From positions 5,518,001 to 5,582,000 of the forward strand of contig CM059432.1 in NCBI GenBank assembly GCA_030390025.1: a DNA stretch of 64,000 nucleotides, written 5' to 3'. Shown one piece after another: positions 1-11,570 of the stretch. Source of the stretch: Squalus acanthias (taxonomy: Eukaryota). Position 1 is the first letter of the stretch, and every line of letters starts with the position of its first letter. The notes under the pieces are model-generated. The model was not told where the DNA came from and ran no database searches. It saw only the letters and a list, made by a program, of their open reading frames with translations. The position numbers and the translations under genes are program-made.

Positions 1-3000
1 TACAGAGATAGGGAGGGGGCCGAGGCCATGGAGGGATTTGAAAACAAGGATGACAATTTTAAAATCGAGGCGTTGCTTAACCGGGAGCCAATGTAGGTCA
101 GCGAGCACAGGGGGTGATGGGTGAACGGGACTTGGTGCGAGTTCTGAAGACGTGAAAGGCCAAGTTTATAATAAACGTTGAGTGTGAAGAACGTCGTGTG
201 TGAGATTATTTCTCAGGAGGATCCTTCTAAATTGATGCTAGAGACACAGACCTATTAGACTGAACCTCCATACACATGAAACGCAAATCCAAACTTAACT
301 GATGAACTCTGCTGCACAAGAAGTCCCTGATAAAATACCCGCTATTTTGAGCACAGATGCTATCACCAGCGGCGCAAATGTAGCACACTGACACCAGCTG
401 TTAGATGGTTGCAGCAACTTCTACACTGCCTGTCAGACAACTTAAGATCTTTGCACAGGGCAAGGTTTAGAAACAGGGGGCACCTAACGTGACTAATGCT
501 GCCGTTATTCTCTGGGAATCATCGTAAGGTGCTTTGAACTTCACTCATGCTAGCCAGAAAGAAAGAATTTGTATTTGTAGATGGCCTTTCATGTCTTCAG
601 GACTTGCACCGAGTCCCATTCGCCCATCGCCCCCTGTGCTCCCGGTTCAGGAACGCCTCGATTTTAAAATTCTCCTCCTTGTTTTCAAATCCCTCCGTGG
701 CCTCGCCCCCTCCCTATCTCTGTAATCACCTCCAGCCCCACAACACCCCCCCCCCCCCACTCCCCCGAGATCTCTGCGCTTCTCCAATCCTGGCCGCTTG
801 AGCATCCCTGATTTTAATCGCTCCACCATTGGCAGCCGTGCCTTCAGCTGCCAAAGCCCTAAGCTCTGGAATTTCCTCCCTACACCTGTCCGCCTCTCTC
901 TCCTCCTTTAAGATGCTTCTTAAAACCTACCTCTTTGACCAAGCTTTTGGTCACCTGCCCTAATATCTCCTTATGTGGCTCGGTGTCAAATTTTGTTTGA
1001 TAATCGCTCCTGTGAAGCGCCTTGGGATGTTCTACTACGTTAAAGGCGCTATAGAAATACAAGTTGTTGTTGTCCCAAAGCTTTTTACAGCCAGTGGGTT
1101 ACTGTTTTGAAGTGTACTCACTGTTGTTGTGTGGGCAAACACAGCAACCAATTCTATCATCGATGCATTTAAGGGGAAGCTAGATAAGTACATGAGGGAG
1201 AAAGGAATTGAAGGATATGCTGATCAGGTGAGATATAGTAGGGTGGGAGGAGGCTCGTGTGGAGCATAAAGACCGGCACGGACCAGTTGATCCGAATGGA
1301 CTGTTTCTGGCTGTAAATTCTCTGTAATTCTCTGTAATTTGCTCACAGTGAGGTCCCACAAACAGCAATGAGATAAATGGCCAGTTATTCTGATTTTGGT
1401 TGTGTTGTTTGAGGGATAAATGTTGACCAGAACATCAGGAGAACTCCTCTACTCTTCTTCAAAGAGTGGCAGGGGACCTTTTTTTGCCTACCTGAACAGG
1501 CAGATCTAAGTTTAGTATCCTATCTGAAAGACAGCACCTCTGACAATGAAGCACTCCTTCACTACTGCACTCACGTTTCAGCCTCAATTACGCACTCAAG
1601 CTTCAGAAGTGAACCCAACAGCCTTCTGACGCAGAGGTGAGAGTGCTACCAACTGAGCCAAGCTGGTCTCCCTTGTGTGGTACTCCAGCTTTCTCAGTAC
1701 CAAGTGTCACTGTCGTAAAATCCCATCTGGATCACTAATGTCCTTTAGGGAAGGAAATCTTCCGTCCTTACCCGGTCTGGCCTATATGTGATTCCAGACC
1801 CACAGCAATGTGGTTTTGACTCTTAACTGCCCCTCTGAAATGGCCGAGCGAGACACTCAGTTGTACCATAAGGAAGGACAATAAATGCTGGCCTTGCCAG
1901 CGATGCCCACATCCAGTGAATGTACAAAAAAAACTATGCCATGCTACAACCAGTCATAGGAACAGGAGGAGGCCATTCAGCCCCTCGAGCCTGTTCCGCC
2001 ATTCAATTAGATCATGGCTGATCTGTACCTTAACTCCATTTACCCTCCTTGGTTCCATATCCCTTAATGCCCTTGCTTAACAAAAATCTATCTCAGTTTT
2101 AAATTTTCAATTTGCCCCCCCCCCCACCCCAGCCTCAACAGTTATTTGGGGGAGAGAGTTGCAGATTTCCACCACCCTTTGTGTGAAGAAGTGCTTCCTG
2201 ACATCACCCCTGAACGGCCTAGCTCTAATTCTAAGGTGATGCCCCCTTGTTCTGGACTCCCCTCCACCAGAGGAAATAGTTTCTCTCTATCTACCCCATC
2301 AACTCTTTTAATCATCTTAAACACTTCAATTAGATCACCCTTTAATCTTCTAAACTCAAGGGAATACAATCCTCGTCAATGCAACCTACCCTCATAATTT
2401 AACCCTTTTAGCCCCAGTATTGTTCTGGTGAATCTGCGCTGCACCCCCTCCAAGGCCAATATATCCTTCCTGAGGTGCAGTGCCCAGAATTGAACATAGT
2501 CAGGCACTTAAGTGTACTTACTGAAGATACCATGATCCCAAATTTCCAAGTCTCACGATCCATTGCTGTAAATAGAATGGTGCTGGATCTCCGACCGATG
2601 GCCCAAAGGCACATGTCCCACCAGCAATTGGCTACTTACACCAGGAGAATACATGGGGAGGTGGATGAAACACTTAAGAGTAGTGCATGCAAGGATTTAA
2701 AGCTAAACAAGAGGCTTAGGAGATGTTAGACCCTGGCTGTTGAGCAACTCGCCAAGGCTTCTTTGGCAGCACCTCCCAAACCCGCAACCTCTACCACCTA
2801 GAAGGACAAGGGCAGCAGCCGCATGGGAACACCACCACCTCCAAGTTCCCCTCCAAGTCACACACCATCCTGACTTGGAAATATATCGGCCGTTCCTTCA
2901 TCATCGCTGGGTCAAAATCCTGGCACTCCCTCCCTAACAGTACTGTGGGAGTACCTTCACCACACGGACTGCAGCGGTTCAAGAAGACGGCTCACCACCA

Positions 3001-4029
3001 CCTTCTCAAGGGCAACTAGGGATGGGCAATAAATGCCGGCCTTACCAGCGACGCCCACATCCCAGGAACGAATTTTTAAAAATTCAGATGGTGATCTCAG
3101 GAATCCTACCATAAAAAACAATTATCTGGAGAGCATCAGAACCTTACAAAAATACACTGCAAAGACTCTCTGAAGATGTGCAGTGGAGGACAGCAGCTTA
3201 AATGCCATGCTTTACAACACTATTGCATGAGCTGTGGCTCAGTTGGTAGCACCCTCACCTCTGAGTCATGAAGGTTGTGGTTTCAAGTCCCACTCCAGAG
3301 ACTTGAGCACAGGAAATCTAGGCTGACACTCCAGTGCAGTACTGAGGGAGCGCTGCACTGTCAGAGGTGCTGTCTTTCGGATGAGACGTTAAACCGAGGC
3401 CCCGTCTGCTCTCTCAGGTGGACACAAAAGATCCCACGGATACTATTTCGAAGAAGAGCAAGGGAGTTATCCCCGGTGTCCTGGCCAATATTTATCCCTC
3501 AATCAACATCACAAAAACAGATTATCTGGTCATTATCACATTGCTGTTTGTGGGATCTTGCTGTGTGCAAATTGGCTGCTGCGTTTCCTACATTACAACA
3601 GTGACTACACTTCAAAAAGTACTTCATTGGCTGTAAAGCACTTTGGGACGTCCTGAGGTTGTGAAAGGCGCTATAGAAATGCAGGTCTTTCTTTATTTGT
3701 GCCCATAACTATTCTACTGAAATATATTTTTTCACCTTGTGTTGTTTTCTGCCTGATCGTTTTGAACTTGTGTTTTATTTTTCTCCCAGTCACGTAATTA
3801 GATTTAATTTCTAATGTATTTCTTTTGGCGATTGGAAGGACTTTGAGCTCACTATTTCCACACTGTCTCCAGCTTTTTTCTAGCCTTAATGGAAATCATA
3901 ATATTGCCCATGATTTGTCCTGGCAATGTTCGAATGTGCCAGAATGGTCCATTTTAGCAACAAGCAAAAAAAAAAATGATTGAGGTGCTCCCTGACGGGA
4001 TAGACGGCTCCACAAACAAAACTAGGGTT

Positions 4030-4226
4030 TTTTTTAAATATATTTCTTAAAGTGCTTTGCTTTTCGCATTTGGAGTCTTGCCGACTTCACCTCAGCCAAG
4101 CGAGCAAGGCAGCAACACTTGACAGGTCTCTGGTTTCTGAAACGACTTTGAATACACCACCAACAGCACCTCTTGGTTCAGAGTGAACGAGTGTGCCGAG
4201 TTCTGCGCAGCTTCACCCAATAGCAG
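4030..4226 (+). promoter_or_regulatory. Possible promoter and non-coding first exon of MATN2
   Basis: Repeat-free stretch with a TATA-like TAAATATAT near 4036 and a strong donor CAG|GTAACG at 4226/4227. The first coding exon has an acceptor just before its ATG, so an upstream exon is likely. The start coordinate is a guess. Confidence 0.35.
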
Positions 4227-5037
4227 GTAACGAGTTATACTTATTGGGTCTTTTATTTAAATTCTAATAGTAAATGTTAGCTGGACAATATGGGAGAGAT
4301 AATTCATGTTCTGCCAAAGCCTTGGTTAACATTTCTGAACTACATCCAGCTTAATTCTAATGAAAGGGTTGTGCTGTTACTTGTGTCCAAGTTATAAAGG
4401 ATTTTTCTTTATAAATTTGGTCCTCAGATTTGCCTCGTTGCGGCAGAATGAATTATAAAATCCAATTATATTGCGTTAAGAGCATCCTTGGTAATCCCGA
4501 TGGATTGTAGCCCAATCTCTCTCTCTCCCGGTTAGTCGGTAATGGTTGGGATCACAGTCTGGGTGAGGGGGAATATGGCAGTTCCGATGTTAATATAACA
4601 GGATTCCTCTAGCAATCGGTTATTTACATCTTGTAATTTACTGTCAACAGTGTCTTACACCCAAGATTGTGTAGCCGGTCTGTTGAAATTTTATTTTGTT
4701 TTAATAAACAAAACAGGAGCTTGTAAACGCTTAGCCATGTCAAAGTTAGCATTAAACCCTTTCAGTACGCGATCAACTGCGGTGTAAGTAGAGATGATAC
4801 TTTATACAGCCAATGAAATACTTTTTCGAAGTAGGCAAGTCATGCTTAACTAACTTGATCGAATTTTCTGATGAAGTAACAGAGAGGGTTGATGAGGGCA
4901 ATCCGGTTGACGAGGTGTGGTCATTATCACATTGCTGTTTGTGGGAGCTTGCTGTGCGTAAATTGGCTGCCGAGTTTCCTACAATACAACAGTGACTACA
5001 CTTCAAAAAGTACTTCATTGGCTGTAAAGCGCTTTGG

Positions 5038-5877
5038 GACACCTGCAACTGAAATAAAGCCCAGACTGGGTTGATGCAGCATCTCTGGTGTTTGCTGAGC
5101 TCCTGATTGCCACAAGCTCGGCATTCTGGCACCGGCACAACAGGTCGTGAAAGGCGCTACAGAAATGCAAGTCTGTCTTTCGATGATGAAATGTGTAAAA
5201 GAATTCACTGCAGTGATCTGTAGATTTTCAGAATTTTAATCAATGGAGTGGAGCAGTTGGAATACTAATATCTATAACCAGAGGACACAGATTCGAGATA
5301 ATTGGCAAAAGAACCAGAGGGGACGATGAGGAGAATTTTTTTTACGCCGCGAGTTGTTGTGATCTGGAATGCGCTGCCTGAAAGGGCGGTGGAAGCAGAT
5401 TCAATAGTAACTTTCAAAAGGATAAATACTCGAAGGGGAGAAATTGGCAGTGCTGTGGGGGAAAGAGCAGGGGGAGTGGGACTAATTGGAGAGCTCTTTC
5501 AAAGAGCCAGCACAAGCACGATGGGCCGAATGGCCTCCTGTATGATTCTATGATCAAGGTAATGGATGTCATTGCTGGCAATGGACCATTACCATTCTTA
5601 GACCAGGTGTAACACACAATCTACGACTCCAGTGAGCAGGGGTGCTGCCCTGAACTGTGCGTCTCTTCTCCTTCCCCAGCCACCCGCACTACCCCCACCC
5701 CCACCCGCCCCGCCCCCAGCATCCCATCGTGGTGGTGATGGGCAGGCAGCTGAAATCCTGGGCATTGTAGACGGTTGTGCCGGTGCCAGAACGCTGAGCT
5801 TGTGGCAATCAGGAGCTCAGCAAACACCAGAGATGCTGCATCAACCCAGTCTGGGCTTTATTTCAGTTGCAGGTGTC
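5038..5877. repeat. 104-bp inverted duplication (arms 5038-5141 and 5774-5877)
   Basis: The arms are reverse complements with 2 mismatches seen. Confidence 0.9.
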
Positions 5878-5937
5878 TGACTCACATCCGAGTAGAAAGG
5901 CCTTTCAGCCTCTGTGTATTGCACCATCTAGTAACGG

Positions 5938-6428
5938 GTAGGCTTAGATTCCTGGGATGAGAGGGTTGTCCTATGAGGAGAGATTGAGTAGATTGGGCCT
6001 ATACTCTCTGGAATGTAGAAGAATGAGAGGTGATCTCATTGAAACATACAAGATTCTGACGTGGATTGACCGGGTAGATGTTGAGAGGCAGTTTCCCCCT
6101 GGCTGGAGAGTCTAGAACTAGGGGGCATAGTCTCAGGATAAGGGGTCGGTCATTTCAGACTGAGATGAGGAGGAATTTCTTCAGTCAGAGGGTTGTGAAT
6201 CTTTGGAATTCTCTGCCCCAGAGGGCTGTAGATGTTGAGTCGTTGAGTATATTCAAGGCTGAGATCGATAGATTCCTGGGCACTAAGGGAATCAAGGGAT
6301 ATGGGGATAGTGCGGGAAAGTGGAGTTGAGGTCGAAGATCAGCCATGATCTTATTAAATGGCGGAGCAGGCTCGAGGGGCCGTATGGCCTACTCCTGCTC
6401 CTAATGCTTATGTTGTTATGTTCTTATG
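5938..6428 (+). mobile_element. CR1 LINE 3' fragment ending at the MATN2 exon acceptor
   Basis: Encodes the TRGHSLRIRGR..FFSQRVVNLWNSLP C-terminus, followed by the CR1 3' UTR hairpin and a (TATGTT)n tail. Confidence 0.9.
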
Positions 6429-6439
6429 TCTCCTCAGAT

Positions 6440-6584
6440 ATGAAGATGACACTTCGAAGTATCTTTCTCCTTCTTCTTTTGGAAGTCGTGCTGGTTGAGA
6501 ATGTTGTGTTGGCCAGACAAACGCAGCAAACAAAGCGATCGAGAGCGAGCAAGGGAGATGAAGCCAATGTACAGCAAGACATCG
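6440..6584 (+). CDS. MATN2: Matrilin-2 coding exon 1 (signal peptide)
   Basis: Acceptor ctcctcag ends at 6437 and ATG is at 6440. It encodes MKMTLRSIFLLLLLEVVLVENVVLA (hydrophobic signal) through ...VQQDI. The phase-1 donor G|GTAGGT at 6584/6585 joins in frame to the vWA1 exon. Confidence 0.85.
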
Positions 6585-8324
6585 GTAGGTGCTGAGATAA
6601 GTCTGCAGCGTTGGCCTGGAAATCACTGAAATTGATGCGCATGCGAAGGGTCTCTGTGATGGAAGACCTTATTAAATGAACATGTCGGGAAACTCTGTGC
6701 GCGTCAAAGGGGAAGCAACAACTTACTTTCCTCCCATGCTCCTGGCATATATGAAAAGGTCTCATAACATTCACAAGGAGGAAGAAAATCAACGGACGCT
6801 GAACAGGAAGGGTAAAAAGAAAGTGAAAAATGCCGGGGGAAGGGCCGAAGGCATAATTAAAAAGATGGATTTTTGAGGAGGTTTTTAAACACAGGGAGGG
6901 TAGTGACAACCTGAGGGGATTAAGGGTGGAGAGGAGATTTACTAGAATGATGCCAGGGATAAGAGATTTCAGTTATATTTAGAGAGACGAGATAACCTGG
7001 GACTGATCTCCATACAGCAGAGAAGGTTAAGGGGAGATTTAATAGAGATGTTCAAAATTATGAGAGGTTTGTGATAGAGTAGATAGGGAGAAACTGTTTC
7101 CAGTGGCAGGAGGGTCGGTAACCAGAGGACACAGATTTAAGGTCATTGGCAAAAGAACCAGAGGGGAGCTGAGGGGATTTATTTTTTAACGTAGTGAGTT
7201 GTTGTGATCTGGAGCGCACTGCCTGAAAGGGCGGTGGAAGCAGATTCAATAGTAACTTTCAGAATGGAATTGGATAAGTACTTGAAGAAGAAAAAATTTG
7301 CCGGGCTCTGGGGAAAGAGCGGGGAGAGTGGGCCTAATTGGAGAGCTCTTTCGAAGAGCCGGCACAAGTACAGGCTCGATGGGCCGAGTGGTCACCTTCT
7401 GTGATGTCTCGTTCTATGATTCTACGAGGTGAAGAGCGCAACGGCCCCAAGAGCAGCCAGAAATAGTGGGTGCAGAGGGAGCGGGAACCAAGGAATAGCC
7501 GAGGGGCAGAGGAGCGTGCATGTGTGGATGGAGGAGCTGGAGGAGATAACTGAGATAAGAGCCGGGATTTTCCCGTTGCCCTCCCGCCTGGAGCGGGGTG
7601 GGGGGGGGGGGACCCGGTAGAGCGGTTTCCCGGCACGACTCAACAGAGCGCGTGTGACGTAATGGGCAGGTTCCCAGCCCGGAAGCTAGTCTGATTGACA
7701 GGCAGGCTTCCAGTCGGGCGGGGAACGCTGGTTGACTAGGACCGCCGCGGCAACAGGTAGGAGCTGGGTCCGGGGGGGGGGGGGAAGGGGAGGAGGGGGA
7801 TTCCAAGCCCGGGGGGTCGGGAGGGGCATCCTGTCCCTGACCCCAGGGCTGAGATGCAATCCCCGGGGGTGGGGGGGGGTCCGAACCTGACCCCGGGGGT
7901 GGGGGGATGCTGCTGGTGGGGGAGCTTGGGGGGCCGGGAGGAAGCACTCCTGTTCCTCCCGGCCCACTAGAATTGTTCCCCTAGGCTGAGCCCGCCTCTC
8001 TGCAGCCACCGGGAATCCCGAGCCCTGGGATCCCCGGCCGCCTGCTGTAAAACCTGCAAACCAGGTTAAAGAAAGAAAGAAAGACTTGCATTTCTATAGC
8101 GCCTTTCAGGACCACCGAACATCCCAAAGCGCTTTACAGCCAATGAAGTACTTTAGAAGTGTAGTCACTGTCGTAATGTGGGAAACGCAGCAGCCAATTT
8201 GCTCCCACAAAAATCAGAGGCTTCAGGCCTCATGACAATAGTTAAAATGACAACCCGCCTCCTGGCAGCGGGTTGGCTGCCCACAGCCCGTCCGGCCTGA
8301 GTAAAAGGTGCAAGTGGGCGGGTT

Positions 8325-9235
8325 CTATGGCAAGTATATCCTTCCTTAGGTAAGGAGATCAAAATTGTACACAGTACTCCAGGTGTGGTCTCACCAATGC
8401 CCTATATAATTGGAGTAAGACTTCTTTACTCCTGTACTCAAATCCTCTTGTAATGAAGGCCAGCATACCATTTGCCTTCCTAATGGCTTGCTGCACCTGC
8501 ACATTCACTTTCAGTGACTCATGTACAAGGGCACCCAGGTCCCTCTGAGCATCTGCATTCCCCAATCTTTCACCATTTAGGAAATACTCTGCCTTTCTGT
8601 TTTTTCTACCAAAGTGGATAACTTCACATTTATCCACATTATATTCCATCTGCCATGTTCTCGCCCACTCACTGAGCCTGTCGAGATCCCCTTGAAGTCT
8701 CTTCACATCCTCTTCGCAACTGACACTGCCACCTAGCTTTGTGTCATCAGCAAATTTGGAACTGTTACATTTAGTCCCCTTATCCAAATCATTGATATAG
8801 ATTGTGAATAGCTGGGGCCCAAGCACCGATCCTTGCGGTACCCCACTAGTCACAGCCTGCCATCCTGAAAAAGACCCGTTTATCCCTACTCTTTGTTTTC
8901 TGTCTGTTAACCAATTCTCAATCCATGCTAGTATATTACCCCCAATTCCATGTGCCCTAATTTTGTTCACCAACCTCTTGTGTGGGACCTTATCTTCTGA
9001 AAATCCAGATACACCACATCTACCGGTTCCCCTTTGTCTACTCCACTAGTTACATCCTCAAAGATTTCCAATAGGTTTGTCAAACAGGACTTCCCTTTCA
9101 TAAATCCATGTTGACTCTGCCCAATCTTACTATTAGTTTCTAAGTGCCCAGTTATTGCATCCTTTATAATAGATTCCAGCATTTTCCCAACTACTGATGT
9201 GAGGCTAACAGATCTGTAGTTCCCCGTTTTCTCCG
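8325..9235 (-). mobile_element. CR1 LINE RT fragment
   Basis: ORFs 8359-8973 and 8967-9365 contain GVPQGSVLGP and FADD. Confidence 0.9.
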
Positions 9236-9749
9236 TTTGGAAAGGTGACGGCGGGGCAGGACTTTGTGAGGGGGAAAGTGAAGGTGCGAGCTCAGCCATT
9301 CTGAATGAGCTGTAATTTGTGGAAGGTGGAGATGGAAGGCAGCAGAAGAGCGTTGAAGAAGTCAAGCCTCAAGGCGATAAAGCAGTGGGATAGGGTTGGG
9401 TGGAGTGGGGTGGTGGGTTGCGGGGGGGGGAGGCGAAGGGGAAGAGGTATTAATGGAGTGGAGGCAAGTGTATAAAACAGTCTTGGAGCAGCATGAATGT
9501 GGGAGTGGAACCTTAGCTTGAGGTCCTGCACTTCCAAGAATTCTGAGGCTTTCGTCCTTTGAATAGGGCTGGGTATCACTTTACGTTTAAAATATTAATG
9601 GGTCTCCTGTGGTGTTGGCGACAGTCAGAGGATAAGATGTGATAAGTGTGAGCTGACTAAGCCCCAACACCAACTGTCTTTCCAATTCCCAGTAGAGTTG
9701 GGGATTCTCCCCCCACCTCCCATTCCTCACTGAGTTTTTCTCCCTCTTT

Positions 9750-10310
9750 TTTTAATTCGTTCCTGGGATGTGGGCGTCGCTGGCAAGGCCGGCATTTATT
9801 GCCCATCCCAAATTGCCCTTGAGAAGGTGGTGGTGGGCCGCCTTCTTGAGCCGCTGCAGTCCGTGTGGTGAAGGTACTCCCACAGTGCTGTCAGGGAGGG
9901 AGTTCCAGGATTTTGACCCAGCGACGATGAAGGATCGGCGATATATTTCCAAGTCAGGATGGTGTGTGATTTGGAGGGGAACTTGGAGGTGGTGGTGTTC
10001 CCATGCGCCTGCTGCCCTTGTCCTTCTAGGTGGAAGAGGTCGCGGGTTTGGGAGGTGCTGCCGAAGAAGCCTTGGCGAGTTGCTGCAGTGCATCTTGTAG
10101 ATGGTACACACTGCAGCCACGGTACACCAGTGGTGGAGGGAGTGAATGTTTAAGGTGGTGGATGGGGTGCCAATCAAGCGGGCTGCTTTGTCCTGGATGG
10201 TGTCGAGCTTCTTGAGTGTTGTTGGAGCTGCACTCATCCAGGCAAGTGGAGAGTATTCCATCACACTCCTGACTTGTGCCTTGTAGATGGTGGAAAGGCT
10301 TTGGGGAGTC
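9750..10310 (-). mobile_element. Non-LTR LINE 3' fragment, clade not resolved
   Basis: Encodes KAQVRSVMEYSPLAWMSAAPTTLKKLDTIQDKAARLIG. Further copies lie at about 2740-3080, 23245-23910, 37760-38368 and 47610-48165. Confidence 0.85.
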
Positions 10311-11570
10311 TTGTTACTCATCCTTTGCTCTACAGGATTTCTGTTTCTCAACCACCCTCCCCGGAATACGGTCTCTGCCTCACATTCCCACCACAACAAA
10401 GTTTCTGAGTCTCTTCGTTTATGCTCCCCCTCAACAGATCCCAAATTCTTCTGTCTCCCACCCCCTTCAAGCACTCTCCCCCTCTCTCTTCCTTGTCCCT
10501 CGAGAAGGTCTCCTTCTTCATCCAATCCCTCAAGAGGGTCGTTCTCCCGCTACGTCATCCCGCCAACAATGTTTGTCTCTCCTCTCCACATTCCGATGGT
10601 TACATTTTGGCGCAAGAAGTAAATGCGGACGCGTATCGGGGGGTCGCTGTTAGTTTATGTGAAGAAACGAAGCGTGTTCCTTAACGCATGCATTGGAGGC
10701 CGTGGAGATCGACGTGGTAACTCCGAGGAATTATGGGGTGGCAAAGAATGGCCTGATCAGCCATGGTGCGGGGGGGGGGACTAGAATCGGAATCCACCTG
10801 GTTTCCACTTGGTGTGACAGTCAAAATGACAATCGGCGGTGGGGGGTGTGAGCCTTGGCAGTGAGTGTGGGTAGACTACTTGACTTTAGATGGTGTCACT
10901 GCTCAATGTAGGCCTCAGTGGCACATTTTGCAACAGGAGTCGCTGGATCGCAATTGTCTTTATTAAAATTTGAATTGTCAGATGGCCATTTTGTCACAAC
11001 TTTATTGCTAGGTTATGTTGTTGCCAGAGTTTGTGTTTCATTGCACTTGGAGTGGTGCAGTTCTTCTGCAACAATAAGCATCTTCCAGTTCTCCATCCCA
11101 CTCAGTATGGTGGGCGTTTTATGCTAAACAACAATCCCACGCTCTCCTGGCCGTCCTCCCACCTTGCACCCTCCATAAACATGAGCTTATCCAAAACTCT
11201 GCTGCCCGTATCCCGAACCCACGCCAAGTCCCGCTCACCCATCACCCCTGTGCTCGCTGACCTACATTGGCTCCCGGTCCACCAACACCTCAAATTTAAA
11301 ATGTTCAACCTCCTGCTTAAATCCCTCCCTGGCCTTGCCCCCATCCCTAGCTCTGTGAGCTCCTCCAGCCCTACAACCCTCCTAGAACTCTGCGTTCCTC
11401 CAACTCTGGCCTCTTGTGCACCCCCCACTCCCTTTGCCCCGCCATTGGCGGCCGTGCCTTCAGCCCGTCTCGGCCAAAGCAGTAGAATTCCCTCCCTAAA
11501 CCTCTCCGCCTCTCTCTCCTTCTGTAAGCCCCTCCTTGACCAAGCGCCTACTCACCCATCCTAATATCTC

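Noticed and set aside
3232..3300. tRNA genes at the A-box/B-box motifs
   Set aside because: These are SINE heads that continue into the SINE body, with no complete cloverleaf.
7414..8009. Proline-rich ORFs and an apparent CpG island
   Set aside because: They result from G-runs in a GC-rich transposon-like remnant and have no splice or domain support.
10310..10930. Possible exon or viral fragment
   Set aside because: It looks like old retroelement sequence with interrupted frames, and I could not assign a family.
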